Of a stretch of DNA of 64,000 nt, positions 11,885 to 25,631 are shown one piece after another. The notes under the pieces were generated by a model. It searched no databases. It was not told the origin of the DNA and worked only from the letters and a program-made list of their open reading frames with translations. The DNA lies in the NCBI RefSeq assembly GCF_006345805.1, contig NC_043006.1, forward strand, positions 97,774,001 to 97,838,000, in the 5' to 3' direction. The stretch's first letter is position 1; each line of letters opens with the position of its first letter. Both the position numbers and the translations under genes were made by a program. The DNA is from Octopus sinensis (lineage: Eukaryota).

Positions 11885-12424
11885 TATATATATTATATAT
11901 ATATATATATATCAGGCCACCCTAATTGCAAATGACATATCTAGAGCCTGTCTTTGTATGTTAGTAGAAAGGGTAACATTGCATATACATTGGTAAAAAG
12001 TTGCTGGCAATAAAAATAATGATAATAAACATACACAAAAAGAACCTTAATCGACTTTCCTCTCAAGATTGAATTTAACGGAGAAATATTTTCTTTAGAC
12101 AGACGCCAATTTCCTGTCGTTCAGTTATTTGCAATGACTTAAAAATATTACCTATACTATCTACTTTCACTTTATAATTATTTTCGTTACACTTCATTAG
12201 GAAAAAAACCAACAATTTAATATCATTAGTTTCTTATTATTTATATTGCAGTAGATGTGCAGATTAATTAGCGCGTTGAACAAAATGCCTTTCAGTATTT
12301 CTTCTGGCTTATTACTTTCTGAGGTCAAAACCTAGGGTCAGCATTGTCTTTTATAATTTTAAAATCGATATAATCGGTAAACAGCACTACCAAAAGATTT
12401 TAGGTCCTATATGCATATCAGAGG

Positions 12425-12580
12425 CAGGAATGTGGTTGGATTGGCAAAAATGGGTGAGCGCGTATCAAAAGATTTGCGGTATTTGTTCTGGTAGTTTACG
12501 GTTTCGCTTTAAACTCCGCCAACCCAACATTGACTGGCATCTCTCTGGGGTCGATAAATCAAGCACGGGTTGAATATTTG
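12425..12580 (+). mobile_element. Degenerate SINE family C (Nin/Deu-like core)
   Basis: CTGGGGTCGATAAATCAAG core plus head similarity to 58101-58330. Confidence 0.5.
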
Positions 12581-12949
12581 CTGATATTGTGCCTAAATTA
12601 AACTTTTTTTAGTTGCTGGATGCATTTTCAATATTATCAATTATTGTAGCGATTTTTCAAGTTGTTCCTAACCATTGTAGCCTTAAGTTTGGGACGAGAA
12701 GAATGCATACGAACCAAGGCCTGCAAATAAGTAAGGCAACCATTCACCTGTGATTATTTAAGTTTTTTCTACTTATACAACCACATTTTGACTGGATGCC
12801 CTACGGAACTGGCCCGATACGAGTAGAGACATGACAAGGTACTTGGAGAAATTACCAAGTGGGCTGATCCGCAGAGTGAAGGCTAATAAACATTAGCCAC
12901 CACCATCAACAAGGTTGTAGAAGTTGGTTTGTTCCATGAACCTATTTCT

Positions 12950-14500
12950 GGTCAAAGAACTTTAATATTTGTAAAGATGTAAGTTACTTGTGATCGTTAG
13001 TCTATTTCTGTATTCACTCTATTTCTAATACATTTTTTATATGCATACTGTGAAAATGTCCTTTCACATAAATATGTAGCTGGAAATCGCATTAACGCTT
13101 TTAAAGCTTTTGCACTTGTAGTAGTGAACTCTCTTATTTATGCAGTACAAAATCTGTCAGTTCCCATTATTGGAATATTGATTTTTAAGGTAAACTTCGC
13201 TGCAATTTCTTTTCGGTAGTCCTTTTCATCTTATGGAAAATACTTAACGAGTCTAAAGGCTGGCTTTAAATTTCAACCAGAAATTCTTTGCTGCTCATTT
13301 GCACAATTCAGAGACATTCTGGAAGAGTGAGATTCTTTGTGTGACTCGTTGAAACTCTGACAGAACAAAAAGCAAGGTTTCCAAAATGCTCAGCATCATC
13401 CCCAACAACACATTCTCTCCTGGATTTTTTGTTTCTTCTACAATGCAATGCATTAAGTCTACATTTTGACACTGAAACATGTAATAGTCGTACCATGTAT
13501 TACAGAATTATTCTAAGTCAAGTGGAAGAGTACATCCGAATTGCAATTTTCCCTTCCAACACTGATGTTTTCATTACCTGGAATTTCAAAAGAACCTAAT
13601 TTCTTCACGAAGTTCAAGAGTGCCAATGCTTTCTCCACGAATTCCATTGCATTTCAACAAGCAGTGATAGAATTGCTTAAAGACGCCATATTTTCACATA
13701 ATAAATAGAAGATTGTTACATTTAGTGCTTCTGAATGAATTAATAGTGGCTAATTTCGCAGAAATTTATTACTGATTTCAGATATTGTAGTATACGCTTC
13801 ACCGCTAGTGGTTGAGGACGAATGTAATTGAAGGTACATCCAACATTGTGCTATTAATATTTGTTCTTGCAACAAAAACATGAATTTTCTCTACCATATC
13901 AGCAAGTACATCAGTGTAAACATTTGAACAATAATCTTATAAAATTACATTTTCTTCCATGAACGTATTAAATTAAATAAGGTTTGTTTTTAGAAGAGTT
14001 CTCCGATGGCTGCAATGTTAATAAATAGTCTTTAAAGTCGGTTTTATAAAGCACACAATGGTAAGCAAACACTAAACAAATTGTTAAATGAGAAACATCA
14101 GGCCGACTCATTCATTGAGGAAAGCATCTGGAATACATTTTAAACTTAGTAGTTCAGGGTCACAAACATTTGCTACTTCGTGAATACATTTTGGAGAGAT
14201 GTCATTAGGAATCGGTGCATAATGAAAATGTTTGGTATTCACTTTTATCTATCTTGCATTCTACCAATCCATTCCATAAAATTTCATTTTTCTGTTATTG
14301 TTTGTCTTTCTCTTGTATTTGATCTTCGATAGTCAATGCGTTTCGAAGCAAGTAAAATATATCTTTGAATTTAAATATAGGCACAGCATTTTCAATTTCC
14401 ATTTCATTCAATTCCAAACAGCTTGGTTTTTATTTTGCCTTTTTTTTAATTCAGTATACCTTCTCTAAATATCGTTTTAGTTCCGGTATTAGAATTAACG
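12950..14500 (-). pseudogene. Decayed hAT (Buster/Charlie-type) transposase
   Basis: Minus translation VYTDVLADMVEKIH (cf. CTDGAxxMxG), CIRPQPLAVK (cf. CxxHRxALA) and AKALKALMRFPATYLCERTFS..RNRV (hAT dimerisation motif), with many stops. Confidence 0.8.
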
Positions 14501-15011
14501 TGTTCCTATTGTGTCCGCTCTTAAATCTATTTTGACCATATATATAATTTCCGACAATTGTTTATATATTTATATTACCTTATATTATAACTCTGATAAA
14601 GTTTTCTTACAAAAATTGATTTGCGATAGAATGTCTTGGTGTGTTAGACATATCCAGTAAGTTATCTATTTTGTTCGTGGCAAAGACGTAAAGCAGAATC
14701 TATGTGAACCACATTCGCTGTCAGTCAGTTGTATGATAAAAAATTGCGCCAATAGTTTCAATGTCAGAACAGCATTAATCCTTTACTGTAATGATAGTAG
14801 TTAACACGCATGTTCTGTCAGCGAGATACATTTCTTTTCATTCTCATGCTGGACGACATGTTAGCTTTCTCAGTCCTGTAAACCAGACAATTTATCAGCA
14901 GCCTCCACACCACATTTGTAATTACTTCCATAACAGCTGCGAGTGCTAAGATGTAGTCATTTCTTGCACACACATAGACATGCTCCCCAAATAATACGCA
15001 TATATATATAT

Positions 15012-15430
15012 ATAGGCGCAGGAGTGGCTGTTTGGTAAGTAGCTTGCTAACCAACCATATGGTTCCGGGTTCAGTCCCACTGCGTGGCATCTTGGGCATG
15101 TGACTTCTGCTATAGCCCCGGGCCGACCAATGCCTTGAGAGTGGATTTGGTAGACGGAAACTGAAAGAAGTCTGTCGTATATATGTATATATATATATGT
15201 GTGTGTGAATATGTTTGTGTGTCTGTGTTTGTTCCCCTAGCATTGCTTGACAACCGATGCTGGTGTGTTTACGTCCCCGTCACTTAGCGGTTCGGCAAAA
15301 GAGACCGATAGAATAAGTACTGGGCTTACAAAGAATACGTCCCGGGGTCGATTTGCTCGACTAAAGGCGGTGCTCCAGCATGGCCGCAGTCAAATGACTG
15401 AAACAAGTAAAAAGAGTAAAAAGAGAAAAA
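15012..15430 (+). mobile_element. SINE family A
   Basis: Full length, begins in (TA)n. Confidence 0.95.
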
Positions 15431-15559
15431 AGAGCATATATATATATATATAGAAAATAGTAAAAAGTGAAAAAACTACAGAAGGCTTGTTTTAAAAGGT
15501 TAAAAAATATATATTTGAGTCATTATGTCAGAAGAATGTTATAAATTTTTTTCATACAA

Positions 15560-15616
<57 letters not shown>

Positions 15617-15627
15617 CATATATATTA

Positions 15628-16522
15628 TATTGAGGGTACTACTATTCGTAGATACCAACACGCTAACAAACAAAATTTTACCGAATGCAAAACTTCAAGA
15701 CACATCATTTTAAAAAAGAATTCAGTTACATATCACATGTGATTTCGCATTTAATGCAGAATATGCATTTCATGTTCATCAGTGCAACAAACTCAAGAAA
15801 TATAAGAGAAAACATAACATTACAAACTCGATAGCCAACCGTAGAATTCGTCGTAGCATGTACGAATGTTTATCTTTACATATCTATGAAAATGGCGGGC
15901 TTATTCGCAATGCATTTCGGTACAAATTGTCTAGTCGGAATAAAAATTCAGTATTGAACTATTCCGGTGAAAAATATAAATTAACAATTACGAGGCTTTT
16001 CACGCTGACTACTGATAATTTCTTTTAAAGATTTTATCCTCAATTGTTAATTTATATTTTTCACCGACTAGACAATTTGTACCGAAATGCATTGCGAATA
16101 AGCCCGCCATTTTCATAGATATGTAAAGATAAACATTCGTACATGCTACGACGAATTCTACGGTTGGCTATCGAGTTTGTAATGTTATGTTTTTTCTTAT
16201 ATATCTTGAGTTTGTTGCACTGATGAACATGAAATGCATATTCTGCATTAAATGCGAAATCACATGTGATATGTAACGGAATTCTTTTTTAAAATGATGT
16301 GTTTTGAAGTTTTGCATTCGGTAAAATTTTGTTTGTTTTTAGTAGTTTTGACCGCATTGGTCCCTCTTAGCGTGTTGGTATCTACGAATAGTAGTACCCT
16401 CAATATAATATAAATGAATATTTTCAAAGAGGAAGAATTTACGGATTTTTTCTCTTACGAGGCTTTTCACGCTGACTACTGATAATTTCTTTTAAAGATT
16501 TTATCCTCAATTGTTAATTTAT
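15628..16522. repeat. Fold-back repeat: arms 15628-15938 / 16064-16410, with a 467-bp-period terminal redundancy (15990-16055 = 16457-16522)
   Basis: Direct reverse-complement and direct-repeat comparison. The right arm has about 29 extra bp near 16338-16366. Confidence 0.9.
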
Positions 16523-16537
16523 ACATACATATATATA

Positions 16538-16751
16538 CGCTTTTATTCTCTTACTTGTTTCAGTGATTTGACTGCGGCCATACTGGAACATCGCATGTCG
16601 TCGATCAAATCGACCCTAGGACTTATTCATTCTAAGCCTAGTACTTATTTTATCGGTCTATTTTGCCGAATCGCTAAGTCATGGGTACGTAAACAAACCA
16701 ACATCGGTTGTCAAGCGACATACATATATATATATATATCTTCATACACAG

Positions 16752-16825
<74 letters not shown>

Positions 16826-16985
16826 AACTGGCTCTTTTTAGTTTCTGTCTACCATATCCACTCACAAGGCCTTGGTCGGCCCGAGGCTATAGTAGAAGAC
16901 ACTTGCCCAAGGTGACACGCAATCGGACTGAACGCGGAACCGTGTGGTTTGGAAGCAAGCTTCTTATCACACACTCACTCCTGCG
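16538..16985 (-). mobile_element. SINE family A
   Basis: Reverse-complement homology. Confidence 0.9.
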
Positions 16986-17099
16986 ATATGTGTGTGTGTA
17001 TTCTATCATTGGAATTTAGATGCATTGATATTTGTGACATATCGAAAATTAACAATGTCTTACATATTTCTACGGTTCCACAGATTGTTTCTATAAATT

Positions 17100-17400
17100 T
17101 GTGTTAAGCGCATTATTTCTTTGCTTCAAAACTTTACAATTTCCAGATTGTGACAAATTTACAATCATATCCGAATGCACCAAGGAGAATTGGTATCATT
17201 GTAAGTGTATAATCATAGTAGAAGCGCTTTGGGTTTTGAACTCCTTGGCTTATAATGATATTTTACTCCTTAAGTTTGGAAGACCGATCCAAATCTTCAG
17301 AACAGCTAAGCCCAATGATTGTATATGACTTTTCGTTTCTGTCCGAAATAACTGCTTAAGGCCTGATGTTTTTGTACTTGGTAGACGTTTTGAAACGCCT
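17100..17400 (-). mobile_element. Degenerate R4-like RLE LINE fragment ((CATA)n family)
   Basis: Minus translation ..VISDRNEKSYTIIGLSC..YDYTLTMIPILLGAFGY resembles 34490-34900. Confidence 0.55.
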
Positions 17401-18049
17401 ATGTATGTCCATATGTATCTATGAATGAATGTAAATGCATACGGTGAGGCATTCAGTACAATAACGCACTAATCTTTGTGAGGCAGTCACAATCAAAACA
17501 TTATACAGGATTGTAATTCAAGTCCTGCACTGGAAAATATATCCCGTGCAACACTTGTAATTCGCAGAGCCTTGTTGCTTTTTAATTGTAACGTATATAT
17601 TCTTAATATTACAGAATTTAGAAAGCAAAAATTCTTATAGTCCACATAGAAGGTAATGTAAATAAGAGTTAAAAAAATACAAGTAATATTAATAAAAAGT
17701 AATATTAATAAAAAAAATGTAATATCGAATACACAAGCTGACAAGTGGTTAATCCAATGAAGAAATAGTAATTTTTTATGTGGACTTAATACTATTAAGC
17801 ATTGTTGCCAATTCTCTGTAACAAAATTACGATATCAGAAATGGTATTGGGTATTTTCATTAATGTTTACATAATATTGGGTGTTGTGATGAAAGTATTC
17901 AAATCGGCGTATTGATTATGCTCCCCCCTCCTTCCCCCCTTCCTCCTCATCATCATAATTTTACTTCCATTTACTTGAAGTGAACACCACAGTTCTACGT
18001 TGTATTTCGTCTTTGTATTGCTCTCAATGTTTTGGCCCTTGAGACCAAT

Positions 18050-18079
18050 AATATATATATATATATATTACTATTATTG

Positions 18080-18119
<40 letters not shown>

Positions 18120-18138
18120 CATTATTATTATTATTATT

Positions 18139-18194
<56 letters not shown>

Positions 18195-18333
18195 TATTAT
18201 ATTATTATTATTATTATCATCATCATCATATCATCATCATCATCATCATCATATCATCATCATCATCATCATATTATTATTATTATTATTATTATTATCA
18301 TTATTATTATTATCATCATCATCATCATCATCA

Positions 18334-18407
<74 letters not shown>

Positions 18408-18410
18408 TGC
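18050..18410. repeat. (ATT)n/(CAT)n trinucleotide array
   Basis: Direct inspection. Confidence 0.95.
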
Positions 18411-18635
18411 GTTAGCAGAATCGGCAACAGAAAATTCTAGCGAATTTTCTTCCGGCAATTACTTTTTGAGTCCAAACTTCGCTGAGGTCAACGGTTTTAC
18501 GCCAGTCAAATATCGTTATCGATAACTTCGAATAACCACTCCGTCAAACTTTAGTCCTTGTTTCTGTCATTGAATCATCATCATCATCATCATTATCATT
18601 ATTATTATTATCATCATTATTATTATCATTATTAT

Positions 18636-18694
<59 letters not shown>

Positions 18695-18726
18695 ATACTA
18701 CTATTATTATTATTATTATTATTATT

Positions 18727-19767
18727 CTATGTTTGACTTTTGCTTTATGTCTGTACAAGTTGGCTCCAAGTCTCACCCAGAGACCTCAAGAGACAACAGG
18801 TTGGAAGTTCACGTTGTTGTTATGCCTAGTGTGCCATATATTTGGGGTTTTTTCGTGCTGTGCTAGTGAATGTCTAATATATAAATTAAAAAAAATGTTT
18901 GTTTTTAACCTTCGGATTACATAGAGAGTATTTTGGATATGAGCAGTTCCCATGAGCACTATCATTTGAACTTCTGCTATTTTGGGGTTTCCTGGTATCT
19001 GAGTTAGGTAGCAATCAGCCCCTTTCGCTATCATTCCCAGGGCACCTATGACAACAGGTATTGTTTTAGTCTTCAGGTTCCACATTTTGTTGATTTCTAT
19101 TTCAAGATCTTTATATTTGCTCAGTTTTTGGTAGGTCTTGACAGATACGTTTATATCGATTGGGACAGTCATATCAATGAGGAGGTATGTTCTTTGTCTG
19201 AAGTCTTTCAATATGATGTCTGGCCTATTTACATCTATCCTTCTGTCAGTTTGAATGGTGAAGTTCCAGAGGAGTGAGATGTGGTCATTTTCAAGCACTG
19301 GAGGTGGATTGTGTTCCCACCAGTTTTTTTCATGGGGCAACTCCAGGCTTTTGCAAATTACCCAGTGAATATATTGTGCAGCTCTATCATGCCTGTTGAG
19401 GTACTCCGTAGGCGCTAGAAGACTGTATCTGGAGACAACATGATCAATGGTTTCATTTTGTTGTCGGCATACACGACATGTTGGACTACTGCCGTTCTTT
19501 AATATGTTGGCCTGGTAGTTTCTTGTTGGTAGGCATTGATCTTGAGCTGCTATGATAAACCCTTCTGTTTCAGATTTTAAGCCAGAGGCCATTAGCCATT
19601 GATGGGTCAGGGCTTTGTCAATATCTGCATTATTCGCTCTCTTTGGGTATTTGCCATAGAGAGGTTTTTCTTGTCATTTATTATTCAGAATATCTAAGGC
19701 CGCAGCTTTGACACGGGTTTTCATGCGCCTAGCTTTTTCTGTGCTTGTTTCTTGTATGTCTATCTCT
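18727..19767 (-). mobile_element. 5'-truncated R4/Dong-clade non-LTR retrotransposon in (TAA)n
   Basis: ORF 18786-19592 has the CCHC-type knuckle CRVC..ETIDHV and RLE motifs RHD, NRPDIILKD and IDMTVP..KLSKYKDL..IPVVIGALG. Both flanks are (ATT)n. Confidence 0.92.
18786..19592 (-). pseudogene. Dong/R4 polyprotein C-terminal fragment (zinc knuckle plus restriction-like endonuclease)
   Basis: 268-aa ORF in the track; no RT domain present. Confidence 0.85.
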
Positions 19768-19817
19768 AATAATAATAATAATAATTATTATTATTATCAT
19801 TATTATTATTATTACTA

Positions 19818-20000
19818 TTATTATTAACTTTGCACAGTTTCTAACGCTGAAGATGTACTACGGTGTCAGCTGTTCACTACCAGTAAACTAAAGTAACACT
19901 TCGTATTTTTCGAGCACCTTCCGGAGTATTCGAGCGGTTCCAAGAAGTGCTATGTTCTGCAAGTGCTCCACCCTTATTGCAGCCCCTATTTGTTTCATGT
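19818..20000 (-). mobile_element. Dong-like LINE 3' end (other subfamily)
   Basis: Minus translation LQNIALLGTARILRKVLE followed by a 3' UTR and (TAA)n. Confidence 0.75.
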
Positions 20001-20011
20001 ACTATTATAAT

Positions 20012-20550
20012 TTTTTTATGTTTGACTTTTGTTTTGCATTTGTACAATTTGGTTCCAAGTCTCACCCAGAGAACTCAAGAGACAACAAGTTAGAAGTTCA
20101 TATCGGTGTTATGCTTAGGGTGCCATATATTTGGTTTTGTACTTAAGTGTTGTTCTAGAGCATGTTTAAGAAACCATAAAAAATTATGTGTTTGTTTTAA
20201 AATCCAAGATTGCATAGACAGTATTTTACGTAGGATATCGGCAGTTCCCATAAGCAATATCTTTTAAATTTGGCCATTTTGGGGTTTCCTGGTATCTGAG
20301 CTAGGTAGCAATCAGCCCCTTTTGCCATCATTCCCAGGGCACCTATGACAACAGGTATTGTTCTAGTCTTCAGGTTCCACATTTTGCTGATTTCTACTTC
20401 AAGATCTTTATATTTGCTCAGTTTTTGATAAGTCTTGACAGATACGTTTATATCAATTGGGACAGTCATATCAATGAGGGGCATAATTTTTTGTCTGAAG
20501 TATTTCAATATGATATCTGTCCTTTTCGCATCTATCTTTCTGTTACTGAG
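20012..20550 (-). mobile_element. Dong-like LINE 3' fragment (same subfamily as 18727-19767)
   Basis: ORF 20197-20658 IDMTVPIDINVSVKTYQKLSKYKDLEVEISKMWNLK..; shared 3' UTR. Confidence 0.9.
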
Positions 20551-20559
20551 TTTCTGATT

Positions 20560-21065
20560 CCCTGTGCGATTTGACGTTATGGCAAAACAATATACAATGT
20601 CATCCGGGAAAAATGACAGCACTAGAATTAATATAACCCCCCTTGTTATTGAATACATACATAAACATCAACACAAGGAATGCAGTTGGAACATTCGCAT
20701 GGAAACTTCTGTCAAGTGCAAACATAACACACTGGATATTGTTGTTTAGGACAGGCAAAAAAATGTATGTAGTGTTATAGAAATCAGCTGTCCTGCTGGT
20801 ATGGATCTCTCTTTGGAAAATCAAAGAGAAGGAAAATAATTATTGCTAAAATTCTTCGAAACCTCCAGCTTCAATACCCAGATTATAAACTCAGGTTCAT
20901 ACCAATAATAATTTGCACTTCTGGTTTTGTGAGTGGAAGCCTAGAGGACATTCTGATTAACTAAGGTTTTCAGAAAAAAGAAATCAAGTAACTAACTGGC
21001 ATACAACAATTTGCAAGTGGAACAGTAAAAATGTGCAAGAGTTTTCTCAAGTTTAAAACGTAATG
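20560..21065 (+). mobile_element. R4-like RLE LINE fragment ((CATA)n family)
   Basis: RFDVMAK..KCKHNTLDIVV..VIEISCPA..LQYPDYKLRFIPII..SGTVKMCKSFLKF*. Confidence 0.75.
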
Positions 21066-21206
21066 GTGGTTTTCTCATCTATATTTCAACAATTGAAAGC
21101 AGCTCCTTCCTCAAAGAAAGAATTGAAATAATTATAATCAGATGAGATCGTAAATACCTACACAGACAAATAAATACATGCATACAGACATATATACGTA
21201 CATACA

Positions 21207-21239
<33 letters not shown>

Positions 21240-21267
21240 GCATACATATATACACGCATACTCTATC

Positions 21268-21693
21268 CAGATTGCAAGTTCAGGTTTATACCTGTAATTA
21301 TTGGGGGCCCTGAGATATGTAACACACTGACTAAATACCAATCTTGAGGAATTAAGCTTCTCAAAACCAGAAATAAGAAAGCTAATTCGAAGACTACAGA
21401 TCCAATCCATCACTAGAACTTTAAAATCCTGTAAAACTTTCCAGAGGTTTATCATTTGAATATATATATGAACATGTCTATATATGTCACAATATACATG
21501 AGAATACATACACAAAACATACAAAACTGCACATATATACATACGTACATTCATACATGCATACATGCATACATTCTTACATACATACACGCATACATAC
21601 ATACATACATACATACATACATACATACATACATACATACAAACATGAAATTCCAATAAAAGAGCCTTGGATCTGGGTTAGAAACCGGTTCTT

Positions 21694-21700
<7 letters not shown>
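21268..21700 (+). mobile_element. R4-like LINE 3' end with internal (CATA)n in the 3' UTR
   Basis: Colinear with 34720-35200 on both sides of the (CATA)n tract. Confidence 0.75.
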
Positions 21701-21734
<34 letters not shown>

Positions 21735-21738
21735 TATA

Positions 21739-21776
<38 letters not shown>

Positions 21777-21782
21777 TTTATG

Positions 21783-21925
21783 TAAAGCAGCAGAAAATTC
21801 AACAGAATCTGTTACTCTGAGTTTCTCGTTGCCGTTCATCAGACAGTTTTTTTAGCAAAAACTGTCTGATGAACGGCAACGAGAAACTCAGGGTAACAGA
21901 TTTTGTTGAATTTTCTGCTGCTTTA
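21783..21925. ncRNA. Near-perfect palindrome made of two head-to-head minimal hammerhead ribozymes
   Basis: Plus strand 21862-21899 reads CTGT CTGATGA A CG GCAA CG A GAAAC TCAGG GTA^ ACAG. The mirror copy on minus (21809-21846) has stem III ACTC A GAGT. The loop is 5 nt. Confidence 0.75.
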
Positions 21926-22002
21926 AATAAAGCATATTACTCTACCACTGGTATTTGAGTACTCTTTTTTCCACCTGTTTCACATTTATGTGTTTACTCC
22001 GG

Positions 22003-22055
<53 letters not shown>

Positions 22056-22249
22056 TATATATTATATATATATATACATAGACAAAGAACCGGCTTCTGT
22101 ATATATATATATGTGATATCTATTTCTTTTATTTACTTATTCTACTTAGCTTCATTTTATATATTTATTCGGTATTTGTTTTCACTCTCATACACCCACA
22201 CATATTTAAATATATTTCTGCCAGTTATATTCCACGTCTTTAATTATTT

Positions 22250-22250
22250 T

Positions 22251-22340
<90 letters not shown>

Positions 22341-22350
22341 CACTACCACC

Positions 22351-22434
<84 letters not shown>

Positions 22435-22470
22435 ACTGCTGCTACTACTACTGCTGCTACTGTTGCTGCC
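22250..22470. repeat. (TAC)n/(CAC)n/(TGC)n compound trinucleotide array
   Basis: Direct inspection. Confidence 0.95.
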
Positions 22471-22721
22471 TCTGTTGCTATGCTATATACATTTACGCGC
22501 GTGTGCAAAATCATACAGCGTGTATATACACGTTGCTAGCTGTTTAACTATCTGTACAATCGTTTATTTATTTATGCGCAATTGTGAATATATACGAGTT
22601 GATATTAATATCTTATAAGCGTAATGTGTGTGCATAATTGCATATTTATCGCCTGTGTATGTGTAGGTATATATATATAAATATATATAAATAAATATAT
22701 ATATATAAATATATATATATA

Positions 22722-23117
22722 GTCTTTACTCTTTTACATGTTTCAGTCATTTGACTGCGGCCATGCTGGAGCACCGCCTTTAGTCGAGCAAATCGACCCC
22801 GGAACTTATTCTTTGTAAGCCCAGTACTTATTCTATCGGTCTCTTTTGCCGAACCGACCGCTAAGTGACGGGGACGTAAACACACCAGCATCGGTTGTCA
22901 AGCAATGCTAGGGGGACAAACACAGACACACACGCATATATATATATACATATATACGACGGGCTTCTTTTCAGCTTCCGTCTACCAAATCCACTCACAA
23001 GGCTTTGGTCAGCCCGAGGCTATAGAAGACACTTGCCCAAGGTGCCACGCAGTGGGACTGAACCCTGAACCATGTGGTTGGTAAACAAGCTACTTACCAA
23101 ACAGCCACTCCTGCGCC

Positions 23118-23121
<4 letters not shown>
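22722..23121 (-). mobile_element. SINE family A
   Basis: Reverse-complement homology. Confidence 0.95.
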
Positions 23122-23169
<48 letters not shown>

Positions 23170-23536
23170 TATTTATATACCTGCATTTATGCGCATATAT
23201 ATTTACACACATATATATAAGTATGCATTATGTAACAATGTGTGAAAAGATTCACATATATATATGTGTTAGTATGTATATATGTATTTGTGTATGTCCT
23301 CATGTGAGTGTGTGTGTCTGTATGTCTGTATATATGTATATAGAATATGTGTATGTATGCACGTATACATGTTGATGCATATGCGAGTATTTGCGTGCAA
23401 AACTGTTCTACTTCCGTTTTACCCCTTCCTTCCACAACAATAAAGTTACAGTTAACTACCTGTAATGAGAGTGATTATGTGTATGCCTATTCCAAATACC
23501 ATCATGGATGTGCGTGTAGTAATGTATCGATGTTGT

Positions 23537-23578
<42 letters not shown>

Positions 23579-23667
23579 ATGCTTGAGTGTTGCAAGTGTA
23601 CATATACAGAAAGCTAACAGAGAAAAGAAAAGAAAGAAGTAGAGGGAACGAAAGTGTTATATAGTAG

Positions 23668-23740
<73 letters not shown>

Positions 23741-23749
23741 TTATTACTA

Positions 23750-24462
<713 letters not shown>

Positions 24463-24500
24463 TATCATCATCATCGTCATCATCATCATCATTATTATTA

Positions 24501-24690
24501 AGTTGATGAGCTGGCAGAATTTTCGCACGCCGGGCGAAATGCTTACGTTCTGAGTTCAGATTCCTGAGAAGTCGACTTTGCTTTTCGCCCTTTCATGATT
24601 GAGAAAAATTCATACCACTTGAGTACTGGTGTCGACCTAATCCACTAACACCCTCCCAAAATTTCTATATGTTCCTATAGTAAAGAGGAT
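24501..24690 (+). mobile_element. SINE family C (Nin/Deu-like core), degenerate; duplicated at 25670-25859
   Basis: GATGAGCTGGCAGAA..GAAATGCTT..GTTCAGATTCC..GTCGACTTTGC. Confidence 0.75.
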
Positions 24691-25021
24691 GATTCATATG
24701 TGCATGTGTATATATGTGTACACATGCATAGATATATATGGATTGATAGTTATATACGTATATATTTATATAACTATATATGTACATTCACTCATGATAT
24801 TCGACACATGCGTGTGTCGGTATGTGTATTTGCGTACATGTATGCACCAATGTATATATACTCTTATTTCACTTTATAGATATATGTATATCTGGGTGTA
24901 TATGTAGAAATATGTCTGCGCATGTTATCCATAACAGTACGTGTACGAGTGTGAATGTATATAATTGTATATATTATAGATGTACATATACATACATACA
25001 AACAGACATACACACACACAC

Positions 25022-25053
<32 letters not shown>

Positions 25054-25158
25054 GCATATATATATATAATATATATATGTTATATTTATTATTATTATTA
25101 TATTATTATTATTATTATTATTATTATATTATTATTTTTATTATTATTATTATTATTA

Positions 25159-25202
<44 letters not shown>

Positions 25203-25205
<3 letters not shown>

Positions 25206-25631
25206 AGTGTACACCAGGTACATGTATCACAATTATATGTGTGCGACATGGTGGACTCACATTAAGATAAACATCACATGACCTTGCAGCTGGGGCCTAG
25301 TGAAAATTCTCTTCAGTCATCCCACTCAAAAGACCGATGAATAAGATTTATTTAAGATAATGAGCGAAAGACCTATGTCTCCAAAGATTAATTATTCAAG
25401 CCACAAAGAATTCCCCCTAGCATATGGCTACGATTTCCACCACTACTTTTGCCCATGATCAGAGATGTCCATTTTGTCAGTCATCAAAGGATGTTTTGAA
25501 TTGGTTATGGTCAACTAAGTGACGAGTATATCTCTGGTATTGTGTATAATATTTACTGTACATGATAACACTTCCAATCAGTTAAGATGAGAAGCCGCGG
25601 CAGCCAATGCCTGGTGCTACATCAGGGCATT
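25203..25631 (+). mobile_element. Second (duplicated) copy of the approximately 550-bp non-tRNA repeat
   Basis: Identical to 24034-24462. Confidence 0.8.

Noticed and set aside
12655-12700. Putative hAT TIR (CAAGTTGTTCCTAACC)
   Set aside because: Too degenerate, and no matching partner TIR or 8-bp TSD was identified.
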